This document shows, piece after piece, positions 39,782-54,080 of a DNA stretch of 64,000 nucleotides. The position numbers and the translations under genes were made by a program. Positions within the stretch are counted from its first letter, which is position 1, and every line of letters begins with the position of its first letter. Source of the DNA: Octopus vulgaris (taxonomy: Eukaryota). The DNA lies in contig OX597831.1 of NCBI GenBank assembly GCA_951406725.2, forward strand, positions 59,148,001 through 59,212,000. The letters run 5' to 3'. Under the pieces are notes generated by a model that searched no databases, was not told where the DNA came from, and saw nothing but the letters and a program-made list of their open reading frames with translations.

Positions 39782-39955
39782 TCCATAAATGCTTAAAATT
39801 CAATTTTATTTATTTATTCTAATTATGAATGTTTAATAATTGAATACTGTCTCTTTATTAGCGAGGTCTCATTCAGTTGTTTAACATAAATAAATCTTGG
39901 AATTAAGTGGTTTTGATTTACTGTCAAGTGACTTTTGGCTTATATATATATATAA

Positions 39956-39999
<44 letters not shown>

Positions 40000-40060
40000 T
40001 TATATATATACATATCTATCTATTTATCTATATATATATCTATCTATTTATCTATCTATC

Positions 40061-40093
<33 letters not shown>

Positions 40094-40529
40094 ATACATA
40101 TATATCAAATGTAAGTATATATATGTATACGTATACATGTGTGTATATGTGTGTATATATATGTACAGATAGAGTGATATATAAATACAGGAAAATATGA
40201 ATAGATACACCCGCACAACATACAAACACATCCGGGCTGACACACAAACTTAGATAAACTGACAGACAGCCATATTCTCAGAATTGTATTCCAAGAATAA
40301 TTGCTAATAATATGAACAACGATTTATTAGCACATACTCCATTATCTATCATTATTAAAACGGTCATCATTTTCAATGACAAAGGGTGGGCTGTACTTTT
40401 GTAGAACGTATGTATATGGTTACGTATTTACAATGTATTGTCAGTCTTACTGCTTTTGTAAACTTTCGTATGTATAGTACGTAGTTATCTTCTATACGTG
40501 CATCGACTTTTTAAACTTCTTATATTTTC

Positions 40530-40845
40530 ATTTATTTATTTATGCACCCTTTCCACTCCTATCCACGCTCATGGGCCCGGTTTCCTGGTTTCTGTGGCGT
40601 ATGTGTTCCCCCCTCAGTTGGTCGGACGCCAGTACATCGCAGCGTTACTCAAGAAACAGGAAGAAAGAGCGAGAGAAAGTTGGGGCGAAAGAGTACAACA
40701 GGGGTTGCCACCACCCCTTGCCGGAGCCTCGTGGAGCTTTAGGTATTTTCGCTCAATAAACACACACAGAACTTGGTCTGGGAATCGAAACCGCAATCCT
40801 CCGACCGGGAGTCTGCTGCTCTAATCACTGGGCTATTGCGCCTCC
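40530..40845 (-). mobile_element. SINE family D, tail type 2
   Basis: Head and middle match 28492-28672; different 3' part CTGCGATGTACTGGCGTCC...GCCACAGAAACC ending in (TAAA)n. Confidence 0.88.
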
Positions 40846-42207
40846 ACGAGTTCTTATATGCACTTATTAAATATTTATAATTTCTTTGAAACGTCATCAA
40901 CAAATTATCATAATTTGAATGAATCAGTGTCACTGTACCTCAGTATTCTGCTCTATTACTGGGGAAAGGGAATTTAATGTCTCATCTATATTTTTTCTTA
41001 ACAAACATAGCTGAGGAATTCTCTCAAACGTCAGAATGAAGGATGAAATACCTTCCAGCATTTGTTGTTATTCTAAGGTGCGCTGAGTTCATATCTAGAT
41101 AAAATTATATGCTCTATCTTTTGAAGTCCATAAAATAATTCCACAAGTGAACTTGTAGCATTGTTTGAACGTCGAAAAAAGATGAATTTTGTTGTAGCTC
41201 ACAAAATATGGTTACTTTGAATATCAATAGCAGTCTCAGTTTTTTATCTGTCCATTCTCTGTCTTTAACAGTGTTGAGTCAGTAGTAAGGACACGACCGA
41301 GATCATTGGTTTCAGCAAACTTTGCTTCCTTTACACGAAACACACCAGGAATCTCCGAAAATGAAAATTGTCATACGCGAGAGAATAGCCTTCATGAATA
41401 AACTATAAGAAAAAAATATTGGTTCAGAGAAACTTTCTTGGAGTTCCAATGACAGTTAGAAAATATTGCCATGATTACAATTATTACTTTTCTGTTTCTG
41501 CATTTCATATTGGTTCACAATTATTACAAGAACTATTTCTTTTGTGATCGTGCTACATTTTCAAGACAAAAAGGCGAATGAAATTTATATTATTCATAAT
41601 AAATGGGAAACTGAAACAATAAAACATAATAAGAGTTGCTATTAATTTGAATTTAAGAAAAAAGGCAGACTAGATACTAGACGCCCGAATAATCAGATTA
41701 TTTTTTCACTTTGAAACAAAATTTTAATTTAATGTTAAAAACAGTAAAACACACGCATGTTAAAACACAAGAAAACAGACAACTCCATGGCGTAAAACCA
41801 TTTTCATTTTGTTAGAACATGCCATTTCTTAAACATTCTGCGTGGATATGTTACTATACCATAGTTAGTGGATGATTAATCACCTATCCTTTTGGAATCG
41901 AATATTTTTTTTTCTTTTGATATGCAAATATATTAATTAACTTCGTGTAAAACATCTGAAGTTAATGCAATGTGAATTATTAAACACATGAATGAAAAAT
42001 GAATTTTCGCCTTTATTTATTTTTGGGATTTTCTTGCATACTCTGGGACATAAAAATCTAGGAATTAATTGCCAAATTTTTAATTCACAAGAATAAGAAG
42101 AGGAAATAAATTTCTAAGGCAATATATATACAATCAAACAGAGACAGACACAGACACACATACACAAACATGTATATATATATGAATGTATGTATGTATG
42201 TATATGC

Positions 42208-42359
<152 letters not shown>

Positions 42360-43058
42360 TTAGTTGAGATTACAAATGCTTTATGGAACTTTTTAATTTT
42401 ATTTATATGCATCTTGTTTATGTTAAATGTCATTATCAAAGAACATAGATTCGGATTTTTAAGAGATGTGTTCCTGTCTCAAACGTAAGATATTAAAAGT
42501 TAAAATTAATGAATGAACATTTCATAAGCTTCATTTAATTTGAACGAAAAAATCAAATTGCAATTAATGTGATGCTGGTTTCAAAAATAAAACAAAATTT
42601 CAGTGGAATATTTTATTTTTATGCGTGTACTTCTCAGATGTTATAGCTTTCTTTTGGCTTAATTTCTCTTTCACAGATATTATGTACAAATTGTAAAATT
42701 CAAAACATTTAATGGTTCGTTGGGTAGCGACAGTGTTTTTATGTAATGTGAAAAGTGGAAATGTGTCAATCGGAGCCCATCGCCCTATATGGAGGTGTAG
42801 GATCGGATATCTCGGCAGCAGATATTTCAATTAACAACTGAAGCGAAATTGAAGTCGGCGTCGGTGGTATATGCCTATGATTATAATGTGTCATTTGAAA
42901 GCGGGTAAAATGCGTAGGTAGAGCAAAAAGAAAACCACCCAGAAACCACGACCGAATCAGGATTGCTGACCCTGGAATATGTTAGATAAAGAGCACCTCC
43001 CCCACAAAATTACATCTTTATGTCTGTGTGGAATATATATATACATATATATATATAT

Positions 43059-43158
<100 letters not shown>

Positions 43159-43274
43159 GTGTATGTATGTATGTATGTATGTGTGTGTATATATATATAT
43201 ATATTCACATATATATATACATACACACATATATATATATACATATAAATATATATATATGTGTATGTATGTAT

Positions 43275-43332
<58 letters not shown>

Positions 43333-43984
43333 AATATTTAGATAAATATTTTGTGCAAATTAGAATTACTGATCGTATTTGTGAAACAGAAGAGTATTCT
43401 AATTGTTTTAAGGATGAAATTATAATTTTTTAAATAATGAGGGTAATGACATAATCGATGTAATTGATTCCGCTGTATTAAATTCAAGTTTTGATTAATT
43501 GGTAATTTTTTTATAATCTTCACGTCTGACACAGAAAGCAGTTCTACTGCAATATCTAAGTCAGTCCGTCTGCGAAACACAAACATCTTAGACATCATCT
43601 AAACTGAAACCATGTTACCGGCAGCTTTACACTCAACGAATTCAGTCTCTTGCCATTAGATATACAGCTTGCCTGTTCTAACTGTCATATAAATACTATA
43701 ATTATACCTGCTTATCTGATCTCGAAAGTAGTAAAGGCCCTACATCGACATTTTTGACATGAATTACATCTTTCTGTAACACTTGCGTGTCATCAGATAT
43801 ATCTCTATCACTTACCTCACTAGAAAAATATCCATTGCTAGTACTCATAAGCGTTAACCTATTGCACTCTCTATCACGCATGTGTATTTATGTTAAGAAA
43901 CTCAAAGTAGCATCGAAGGACATGGGACAGTAAAATTATTTTCAACACTAAGAGTACCAATGTTATATATTAAAGAATACAGAA

Positions 43985-44158
43985 TTCAAATTTTGGCACT
44001 AGGCCATCAATCCTTGTTCTCAACTGGTACTTATTTTATCGGTGCCCGTAATGATCAAAGGCAAAGTTTACTTCGGAGGAATTTGAACTCAGAACGTGAA
44101 AAACGGATGAGATCCAGCCAAGCATTCCACCCGGCGTCCTACCAACTCTAGCAGCTCA
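43985..44158 (-). mobile_element. SINE family A degenerate copy
   Basis: AACTGGTACTTATTTTATCG...AAAGGCAAAGT...GGAATTTGAACTCAGAACGT. Confidence 0.8.
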
Positions 44159-44340
44159 CATAAAAGTCATACAGCATTAAAACATGTCAATATATTTTGA
44201 GGTGTGTGTGTGTTATATTTCATCAATGTTATATTTGTTTTCAAACTTCTATGCAAAATAATAGTACATCTACTTGAAAGGCAACTTAAATTTTCACTCG
44301 AATAGAAAACAATCTTTATGTTAATATTGGTAAAATATAA

Positions 44341-44890
44341 GGCGGCGAGCTGGCAGAAACGTTAGCACGTCGGGCGAAATGCGTAGCCGTATTTCGTCTG
44401 CGTTATGTTCTGAGTTCAAATTCCGCCGAGGTCGACTTTGCCTTTCATCCTTTCGGGGTCGATAAATTAAGTACCAGTTACGCACTGGCGTCGATGTAAT
44501 CGACTTAATACCTATGTCTGTCCTTGTTTGTCCCCTCTGTGTTTAGCCCTTTGTGGGTAATAAAGAAATAGGTATTTCGTCTGCCGCTACGTTCTGAGAT
44601 CAAATTCCGCAGAGGTCGACTTTGCCTTTCATCCTTTCGAGGTTGATTAAATAAGTACCAGTTACGCACTGGGGTCGTTATAATCGACTTAATCTCTCTG
44701 TTTGTCCTTGTTTCTCCTCTCTGTTTGTCCTTGTTTCTCCTCTCTGTGTTTGGCCCCTTGTGAGTAGTAAAGAAATAGGTATTTCATCTGTCTTTACGTT
44801 CTAGTTCAAATTTCATCGAGGTCGACTTTGCCTTCTATCCTTTCGGAGTCAATAAATTAAGCACTAGTTGCGTACTGGTGTCGATCTAAC
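44341..44890 (+). mobile_element. SINE family A head-to-tail trimer
   Basis: Full unit 44341-44570, then units restarting at GGTATTTC at 44571 and ~44777. Confidence 0.9.
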
Positions 44891-45139
44891 TCGGTTTTAT
44901 TCCGTTTCTTACACATTTAGCATATGATTTAGTTAGTTAATTTTTCTTAAGAGAGAAAGTCTTGTTTTCCAGTATAATATTTCTTCTCTACAATATTATT
45001 GGATATATACACAAATGTCATAACATTTATGGTATAATTTTCTGTCTTATTTATCTGGATTGTTTTGAAGTTCAGATTGTGTGTTACACATTTTGCTAAT
45101 CGCATTGTATATAAAATCTGTTATGTTTTATCTATTAGC

Positions 45140-45560
45140 TTTTATCTGTTTCAGCCACGATTTTGTTGCCATGCTGGGGCCGAACGAAGGAGTCCCAGTA
45201 CTATTTCTTTTAAGCCTAGTAATTATTCTGCCGTTTCTTTTACCGAAACGATAAGTTACGGAAACGTGAACATAACAACACCGGCTGTCAAACGGCGGTG
45301 GGTAGTGGGCAGAAATATAAAGGCACCACTCACAGACGCAGAGAACCACACACAAAGGCACACACACAGAGGCACACGCAAACATACATTTACATACACA
45401 TCAAGATTCTTTCAGTTTCCGTGAGCGAAATACACACAAAAAGCTCCAGTTGGCCCGAAGCTATTATACAATACATTTGCCACGTACCATGCAGTGTCTC
45501 TGAATCCGAAACCATATGATTCGAAAGCAAAATTCTTGCCGCATAACCACGCATGCACCT
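45140..45560 (-). mobile_element. SINE family B degenerate copy
   Basis: TGTTTCAG...GCCATGCTGGGGC...CCCAGTACT...TTCTTTCAGTTTCCGT...AACCATATGATTCG. Confidence 0.75.
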
Positions 45561-47621
45561 ATACTTTACGAACAATACAATTTCTTTGATCTAAATTTCA
45601 CCTATCAAAATTTATAATTTATTGTCAGGTAATACTCTTCCCGCCACCACTTTTAAAAGGCGGCACTCCGCACACAAATGAATATAATTTTAACATGTCA
45701 ATTACTATGAAAATGATATGGTAAATGTTCAAATCTGACATTTGGGTTATAACATGGCTAAATTTAAACTTAGTGAAAATCTAAAGGCAATGATTTCGCA
45801 CAGTAGGCATTGAAATGTGTTTACATGTATTTAAAACTATTCTCAGGGAACATTTTAATCCACGTGCATAGCCACCGCAAATCCTTGGCTACCAATCCCG
45901 CATTGCGTTTGTGATCATTTACACTTCGTAATCATAATACATTTATAATTGAATGAACCATGCAGAAAAAGATACAGGAATGTATGTTATCCGGTCAATC
46001 TGAAGTAATTATTTGTTATTTATTTAGAGATTAGAATCTACAAGATTATTGAAACGCAGTAGAGTGTAATATATTTTTCGTTTTTGTAATACGCAGGAAG
46101 ATAACAGTTAATATTTACATACATTAATGCTCTTACAAACCTATTTTTCCAATTTCCAGCTGGCTTAATCTAAAGAATACTACTATAGTCGACGATTCGG
46201 TAAAACTATTAAGTGCAATTTTCCGCATCAAATAAGCCATTCAATGCTTTTTCTCTTAGATTTAACCATTGAACTGCACGTCTGTGAGGGACTAGATGGC
46301 TCAATTGATATATTATTAAATAAGAAGCCATAGTTTTTATCCAGTGAAAGGCACATCTCAGATCACAAAGCAAATACGAAGAAATGCTAAAACAAATACT
46401 AGCTTAGTACACCCAACTGGAAACAAGCACAATATTGCGTATGTAGCTGGTTGTCTGCCTTAAATAGATAAATATGACTATATCTGATAATATTAAAGCT
46501 TGGTAAGTATAAAAGTATGTTCAAAGTTTTCTTCAAGAAATATAACTTGAAAGAAGCTCAAATTTTCTCAACCAAGTAACATAAGTGAAGCCTTATAAAA
46601 ACGAGGTTTCAAAGACGTATGCCACCATGTAATCAATAATGAAAACATATCACCCTCCTCATGCTTAGAATATAATTTCGCTCCGTCGACCTCCTTAGAA
46701 AACAAACGTAAAATACAAGAACCTGTACATTTATGTTTGCTGACTCAAAACACGTTACTTATTTCGAAAAAGACCAACTCAGGTTATGTGTATTCACTGG
46801 AAAAACCAAAATTTCTCTTCATAAGTGTTGTGCATTGAAAGATCTCAACCCATTTATTTTCCTTTGCTTATTTAAGTCAATATATTCCATTTTCTTAACA
46901 TGAGCAACCCAAAATACGGTATAGTCTGATGCATACCATGTTTTTTTTTATAATGCAGAAATAGCTTTCAAGAGGTACCAAGTGACACTACAGTATTTCT
47001 ATAATCGATATGTCAACATGGCTTTCGCAATGATATCATGGCTTCCTAAGAAGGAAAAATACAAGAACGAAGTTGAGGAACTGAAGTAATTACAGAAATA
47101 GTGATGGCGACTGTGATGAAGATGATTGGCAGAAAGGGATACTTGAATAAAATAGATTTTACATCTTTGCTTCTTTTTGTGGCTTTCGCTTTTTTAAAAG
47201 TAAAATCCCCTACTTTATCAATGTGCACGGAAATTTGTCAGAAACATTTTACTAATGGCTTCTCAGCATTAGAGAAGAATATGTAGAGCAACAACAACTA
47301 AACTAATAGCACTATTGACAAGAAGAGCATCGAAAGTAGTAATGATGTTAGAAACAACAACTACAGCAACGTGCGCATCAATAACGAATGCAAATCGAGA
47401 TTGGAAAATGCATGTATAGGAGAGTATAGTAAACGATTGTATATGTTTATGAATGCACTAATATACAGAAACACTCGTACAAATGTGTGTTTACACACAC
47501 ATATATACATACACACACAGAGACATATATATGTGCCTATAGGAAACGTATATAAGCTCAAGTCCTGTTTCTCTGTTTGCATCACCAACCAAACCTAAAC
47601 CTATACCTACACCCCCCCCCC

Positions 47622-47671
<50 letters not shown>

Positions 47672-47674
47672 GTA

Positions 47675-47819
47675 GGAGCATTCCGTCGGTTGCGAGGACG
47701 TGGGTCACACCTGATACGAACAACGGAACAGCTTGCTCGGGAAATTAACGTGTAAGTGACCGAGCACTCCACAGACACGTGTACCCTTAGCGTAGTTCTC
47801 AGGGAGATTCAGCGTGACA
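47675..47819 (-). mobile_element. SINE family C 3' half
   Basis: CAACGGAACAGCTTGCTCG.GAAATTAACGTG...CACAGACACGTGTACCCTTA..GTAGTTCTC is the reverse complement of 29978-30117. Confidence 0.85.
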
Positions 47820-48711
47820 TATATATATATATATATGTATGTATAGTGGGGCGTGTTTGTATACGTACGAACGTAAATATCTATATAACATTCTCTATAT
47901 AAACATACCTGACATTATTAGTCTTCTTGTAAATTCTATAAGTTTCACGAGCGTTTGCCACTGCACTTGCTTCGGTCAAATTACTAAAGAGTTAACGTTA
48001 AAGATCTATCAGTCCCAAACGAATAAAAATAGCTCTGTAATGAGCAAGAACTTTAGTAAAATTTATTTTGTACATTATTTGCCCTTGTTTTCCCAGTTAA
48101 CTTTTATATTGGTATTTTCACTTCGATGACGATAACAGATTATTATGTTGTACCACAATTTCTGGAATTAGTCTTGCTATACCACATACTAATTTTAGCG
48201 TGTCTGTACCATATATTCAGATTCACTTAACAATTATATTGAAAGTTTAAGTGAATCTATATATTTGTTTATATAAGAAAATCAAACACACACCCACACA
48301 AAAACACGCACACACATATATACAAATATTGATACAAAATCATAGCATTCAAATTTAATGACCCATGTCTTTTGTTGTTTTCATTTGACACATACCGATC
48401 AAATACAGCCGTTGAGAGGAATGATGTTGCAACAGAAATTGATCCAGAAATTGATGTAGCGACAGTGAATAAATTTTCACAAAAATAATTTATCGTACAG
48501 TCATGTTCACACTACAAAGCATTGTTGTACTTTCAAGTACTGTCCTGCCTAGAAATATTGTTTTCAGTGTGATGCGTTTCTTAGCAGGGAAAAATATTTT
48601 TGAAATATAATATATATGACTGTTATTGAATGTCCACTGGTCCAGTCAGCAGCCGCCTTCCCCCCACACACATACACGTACACACACATACACATACCCA
48701 CACATACATGC

Positions 48712-48742
<31 letters not shown>

Positions 48743-49164
48743 TCAAACGAAGATATATTCATATCGAAGGCATTTATATTAAAAAGTTTTCTACACCATA
48801 TATATAACAACGACCGATATATGTTTGGGCTGAGCTGCAGCAGCTGCACATTGTTCTGTATTATGCAATTATGCATCCTAGTCGCTGCAATTTAAGGATC
48901 CAAGAACGTTTGACGTTTTCAAAGTGAACTAATTCAAAGCAGCTTCCCACGTTGGTATTCAGTTAAAGTTGGTAGCGTTACTTTCAAAATCGAATTGAAT
49001 TCTGTTTATATAATCACCACTACCGGTGTTGCAGTTGAATCATAGTTTTTAAAATGTTTATATTACAAATAATTGTAGCAGTTTTCTTTACATTTCACTT
49101 TTTTACTGTATGGAGTACATTATCTATTCAGAGGTATTTCGCTTATTTTGGGTTTATACCCTCA

Positions 49165-49178
49165 ATCACCACCATCAA

Positions 49179-49213
<35 letters not shown>

Positions 49214-49252
49214 CCATCATCATCATCACCATCATTATCATTATTATTATTA
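49165..49252. repeat. (CAT)n/(ATT)n microsatellite
   Basis: Direct reading. Confidence 0.9.
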
Positions 49253-49339
49253 CATTTATTAGAATTATTTTCGTTAATGTCATTAATTTATCACAATCAT
49301 TATTTTAAGTAGTATAATTACTATAGAGGGTAAGTTATG

Positions 49340-50170
49340 TTTCTTTAAACCGTTTAAATCGTATATTCAGTGTGGGCATCTCGTTGCCTGTTCCTGTCTA
49401 TTGTTTATAAGAGTGAATTTCAGAAGTGAAAATTTGGTACATTTCTACTACACATAGGTCACATTTATTATGGACTATTCTATAACGCTTTGCTTTAATA
49501 TTTTTCCCAAGCAATCGGAAATACTTTGTTACTATCTTTTAGTGTCCAAATTATCTTGCTAATTCTGGTAATTTCCCTTGTATCCCTAATTCTGAACGAC
49601 CTTAAATGATTGGCAATATTCTCTACTCTCTAAGGTAATCTTACATCTGTATACGATATGTTTAGGCGAGCAGTTAGAGTTAAGAGGACAAAACCTGTTC
49701 CTTCCATAGTCGCATCTAATACTTCTACTAATTCTATTACTATTATCCACTTCACCTACACTAGATGTGATTTCTATTTTTTCCTGCTTAACTTCTAAGC
49801 TATTAATTCCTTTCCACATAGGCAATATTCAGAGTATTTTACATTTTAGAATTCACATCTACTAATTCCAAGTTAATTGAGGACATCCCTCAGGTCTCTT
49901 CAATTTTATTGGGTGTCAAACCATAGTTCCTATCTTGATACCTGGTTGTGTTACTTATGGCTTGTCTGCTCATTTTGACATTGTTAATATTTATTAATCT
50001 ATTGTTATAATTCTCGTTACAATTATTGTTATTGTTCGTATGGATACTGATAAATTATCGTTGCATGCAGCTATAATTTGTGCTAGATTTTTGCTGTTAC
50101 AGAAAGCTAATCTAACCGTGTATATAAATTTTTTTTATGTAAGTCCTTTCCTCATGCGAACTGTTACGGT
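49340..50170 (-). pseudogene. Penelope-like element C-terminal remnant (second family)
   Basis: TVRLAFCNSKNLAQIIA...RCDYGRNRFCPLNSNCSPKHIVYRCKI...IWTLKD...IAWE...KCDLCVVE...NNRQE..TRCPH resembles the PLE CxC..CPL..C..VY / C.LC..E / NKR.E..CRH pattern. Confidence 0.7.
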
Positions 50171-50979
50171 GGCACTCATGTTTTTTCTAATTTCACATTC
50201 TTATGAAAACAAAAAAGAGAAAATAATAACACAGGCAGTTATATATATATGTCCACACTACACACACGGACATTGTATGCCTTGCATCCCATACATCCAT
50301 TGAGTTGTATATATGTCCAAATGCACAACACCTGGTGTTGTTTTGCTTTTGCATGCCTGTCGCATTTACTTTTGTTCTTTGTGTATGCAGATTTTTTCTC
50401 AAGTTTTTCTTTCTTTTTCACATTATACACATTTCTCCTACTGTTGCCTCTTTGCAATCTCTGTGCATTTGTACACCCTTAACTTTCCGTCCACCGTTCA
50501 TTATTTCCGGCTTCGAGACTTGCAAGGGGGCATGTAGACATTTACCTCCCTTGAAACTAGTTCTCTCATCCATTGGCAGCTGGATGGCGCACGTCGTTGT
50601 ATTGCAATATGGGAGAATTTAATCTATAGTTTTTTGGGCGGCGCAGCCAAAGCGATTAGACGTATTTTCTTCCTGCTGCGATTCCAAGTGATGAAACGGT
50701 GTAACATAACCATCTTTCATGTATATGAATACGAACGCACGGAAACTGCCTTTATCTCTCTCTATAAAATTACTATAATTTGCATGCAGTATGAAAATTA
50801 AAACGATTTACGACCGTATTTGCAAATTCTTATCGTCTTTTATTCTTGTATTTGGAGAACGTCTGCCTTCTGCGTCTCAGATTTCTTTGTTAGGAGCAAA
50901 AATTCCTAAAACCTAATTTAGTACATTGTTTACATTATTTACATTTGACAGATATTCGTCCTCATCTTGTTTGCTGTTA

Positions 50980-51023
50980 GCACCACGTTTCGACTGATAT
51001 ACGCTCCAGCAGTCTTCAGGTGT
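50980..51023 (-). ncRNA. Decayed minimal hammerhead ribozyme
   Basis: Minus strand: acac-CTGAAGA-ctgctggagcgtatatcagtc-GAAAC-GT-G-gtgc; core boxes intact but the cleavage triplet is GUG. Confidence 0.6.
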
Positions 51024-51096
51024 CTTGGGGAAATTTCGAACCTAGGTTCTCATCCCTAAGTTATTTTTTCGATGTTATAAATATTATTATTATTAT

Positions 51097-51554
51097 TGAG
51101 TGAGAGAGCAGTTCATGCCATCAAAGTGACACTGGGGTAAAATATACGAAGCCCAATATACCCATCATGACTACCCGTCTGATAAGGGTACACCAGGCAC
51201 ATGCATCACAACCAAATGTGCGCGACATAGTGATCTCATATCAAGATAAACAGCACATGACCTTGCAGGTGGGGCCCAGTTAGAATTTTCTTCAGATTGA
51301 GTAGCCCATCCCGCTCAAAAGGTCCCTGAATAAGGGTTGTTTAAGGATGTTGAAAGAACCACCCATGTTTCCAGAGGTGAATTATTCAAACCCCAAAGAA
51401 TCCCTCTCAACACATGGCTATGATGCTCCCCCACTACTTCTTCTCGTGATCAGAGATGCACATATCGTCAGCTACTAAGGGACATGCTCAACTGGTTAAG
51501 GTGAAACAACTGACAAGCAAATCTGTGGTATTGTGCAGAATATTTGCTGTAGCC

Positions 51555-51556
<2 letters not shown>
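51097..51556 (-). mobile_element. Unclassified ~460-bp element inserted in (ATT)n, probably a retroposon 3' end
   Basis: GC-richer block sharply bounded by (ATT)n on both sides; its terminal 24 nt recur at 51597-51620; strand inferred from the (AAT)n tail. Confidence 0.6.
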
Positions 51557-51597
<41 letters not shown>

Positions 51598-51618
51598 GAG
51601 TGAGAGAGCAGTTCATGC

Positions 51619-51704
<86 letters not shown>

Positions 51705-52048
51705 CAGCTGCCTTGAATCCTTCCATAATACCGGTTCCCATATGCTGTTCATATCTGCACTTGGTCTGCTTAGGAGGTTGTTGAGGCCTAGTGTATGTGT
51801 TGCTTCTTTTAGTTTTCTTATTTTCCACTGGTGCTCGCTGTCTATTATTTTAACTTCATGCCACAGGGTGTGGGTCTCCATTTATGCATACATGATCAGC
51901 TTATACAAACATTTACAGTTTACTTCTGATAATCCTTTTTTTAAAGTGAATCGACAATGTCAATAAACAACTTTAAAAGACTTCTGCATATTCAAACCCT
52001 CTTTCCTATATATTTTCACTCGTGCGGTAATTTGTTATACATACATAC

Positions 52049-52118
<70 letters not shown>

Positions 52119-52177
52119 CCGACCGTCATTGATATTAATATTCATATAGATTATATATGTATGTATATATTCATTCA

Positions 52178-52323
<146 letters not shown>

Positions 52324-52944
52324 CATACATACTCACACACACACACATATATATATATATTTTATTCCAGTCATCATTGATATTAATATTTATATATATT
52401 ATATAGCATAATTACATTGGTTAAAACATAAACGTTAAACGATAAAATAATATAGTCAATTATTGAACGTAGAAGAATGTATCTACCTAATGTATTTATC
52501 GATCTATTTATCAATCGATATATCTATGTACCAATCGATGTATATATGTTTGTACGTAATTATTAGTCATTATTTGTATCTTTCAATGGAGCTCTCTCTA
52601 TCAACTGATTTATCATTCTCCCTAAGTGACGCTCAGTGTATAGATGCATGTAGTTTTCTCTCACTGCATCTTTTCTCTTTATATTTATCTGCATATATAT
52701 GTGTGTGTCTACGAGTGAAGGAATAATGAATAAATTATAATGTAACTGTCTATATGCGTTGTGTGTTTACAACATTATATACTTCCTACATTTTTGTATA
52801 TTTCAAATAAATATTCTCTGAAATATTTTACACAAATGCACAAAATACATTGGTATATTGTCGATGATAATATTCAAAATTAAAATTCACTGAAAGGATG
52901 ATATATAAGTTTCAATTGTTTAAAAAACTCGTACACAAAGTTTA

Positions 52945-53356
52945 GCGCAGGAGTGGCTGTGTGGTAAGTAGCTTGCTAACCAACCACATGGTTCCGGGTT
53001 CAGTCCCACTGCGTGGTATCTTGGGCAAGTGCCTTCTGCTATAGCCCCGGGCCGACCAATGCCTTGTGAGTGGATTTGGTAGACGGAAACTGAAAGAAGC
53101 CTGTCGTATATATGTATATATATATATATAAGTGTGTGTATATGTTTGTGTGTCTGTGTTTGTCCCCCTAGCATTGCTTGACAACCGATGCTGGTGTGTT
53201 TACGTCCCCGTTACTTAGCGGTACGGCAAAAGAGACCGATACAATAAGTACTGGGCTTACAAAGAATAAGTCCCGGGGTCGATTTGCTCGACTGAATGCG
53301 GTGCTCCAGCATGGCCGCAGTCAAATGACTGAAACAAGTAGAAGAGAAAAGAGAAA
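52945..53356 (+). mobile_element. SINE family B copy (well preserved)
   Basis: Colinear with 786-1284 and 62831-63230. Confidence 0.92.
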
Positions 53357-54080
53357 GTGAGAAAGTTTCCCTCACATTGTTTCACTAATTTCGGAAGGCG
53401 TATATTGTAGGTTTTAGAGTGAATAATGCCCTAATTCAGACATTAATCATGAGGTTCATACAGTGGGAAACGTTTTATGCAATATTTGTTTTTTTTTTAA
53501 TAGCCTCATTTACTTGTTAACGAGAGAGATTTGAAGTGCTAGGCCATTTACCTCAAAATGGTGATAGGCCATCTATCACAATCACACATTGGGTACTTTT
53601 TATTCTGGTAACGCTCTCTCCGAAACAAAAGATAACAAAAGATAACAGATAACGGATAACAGTTCTTTAGTTATAGATCAGTTGGATTAAAAGTAACATA
53701 TGGAAAACAAACATATTTATATTAAAATAAACAGCAGACTCTGTGGGTTGTGATGACATATTATCTACGAGTGGGCTTGATCATTTTTACGAGTTCAAAT
53801 ATTTTGCCTATTAGAGCAGCAACTGCGTTATGTCTTAATTGGGCATCAGTTGAAAATCATACACACACACATACAGACTTACGCACATCCACACACTGCC
53901 CGGATAATTATAACGCACACACATACATACACAGACACACACACATGCCGACGTTCACGCACACACCGCTCTGACCAGAAAAGAACAAACACATACATAC
54001 ACTTACACGCAAATACACACCATCCTTATGAATATTACATATAAACCCCAAAACACCAACCAAACTACTGAACCATAGTA

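Larger units (their letters stand above)
50925..51900 (-). mobile_element. Penelope-like element 3' end (third family), interrupted
   Basis: ADHV..NG.H.LWHEVKIIDSEHQWKIRKLKEA...LLSRPS.DMNSIWEPVL (GIY-YIG C-terminus, 51720-51900) followed downstream by a terminal repeat with hammerhead remnant. Confidence 0.75.

Noticed and set aside
50625-50765. Possible mini-Helitron (GAAACTGCCTTTAT resembles 20115-20128)
   Set aside because: 3' hairpin and CTRR end not convincing
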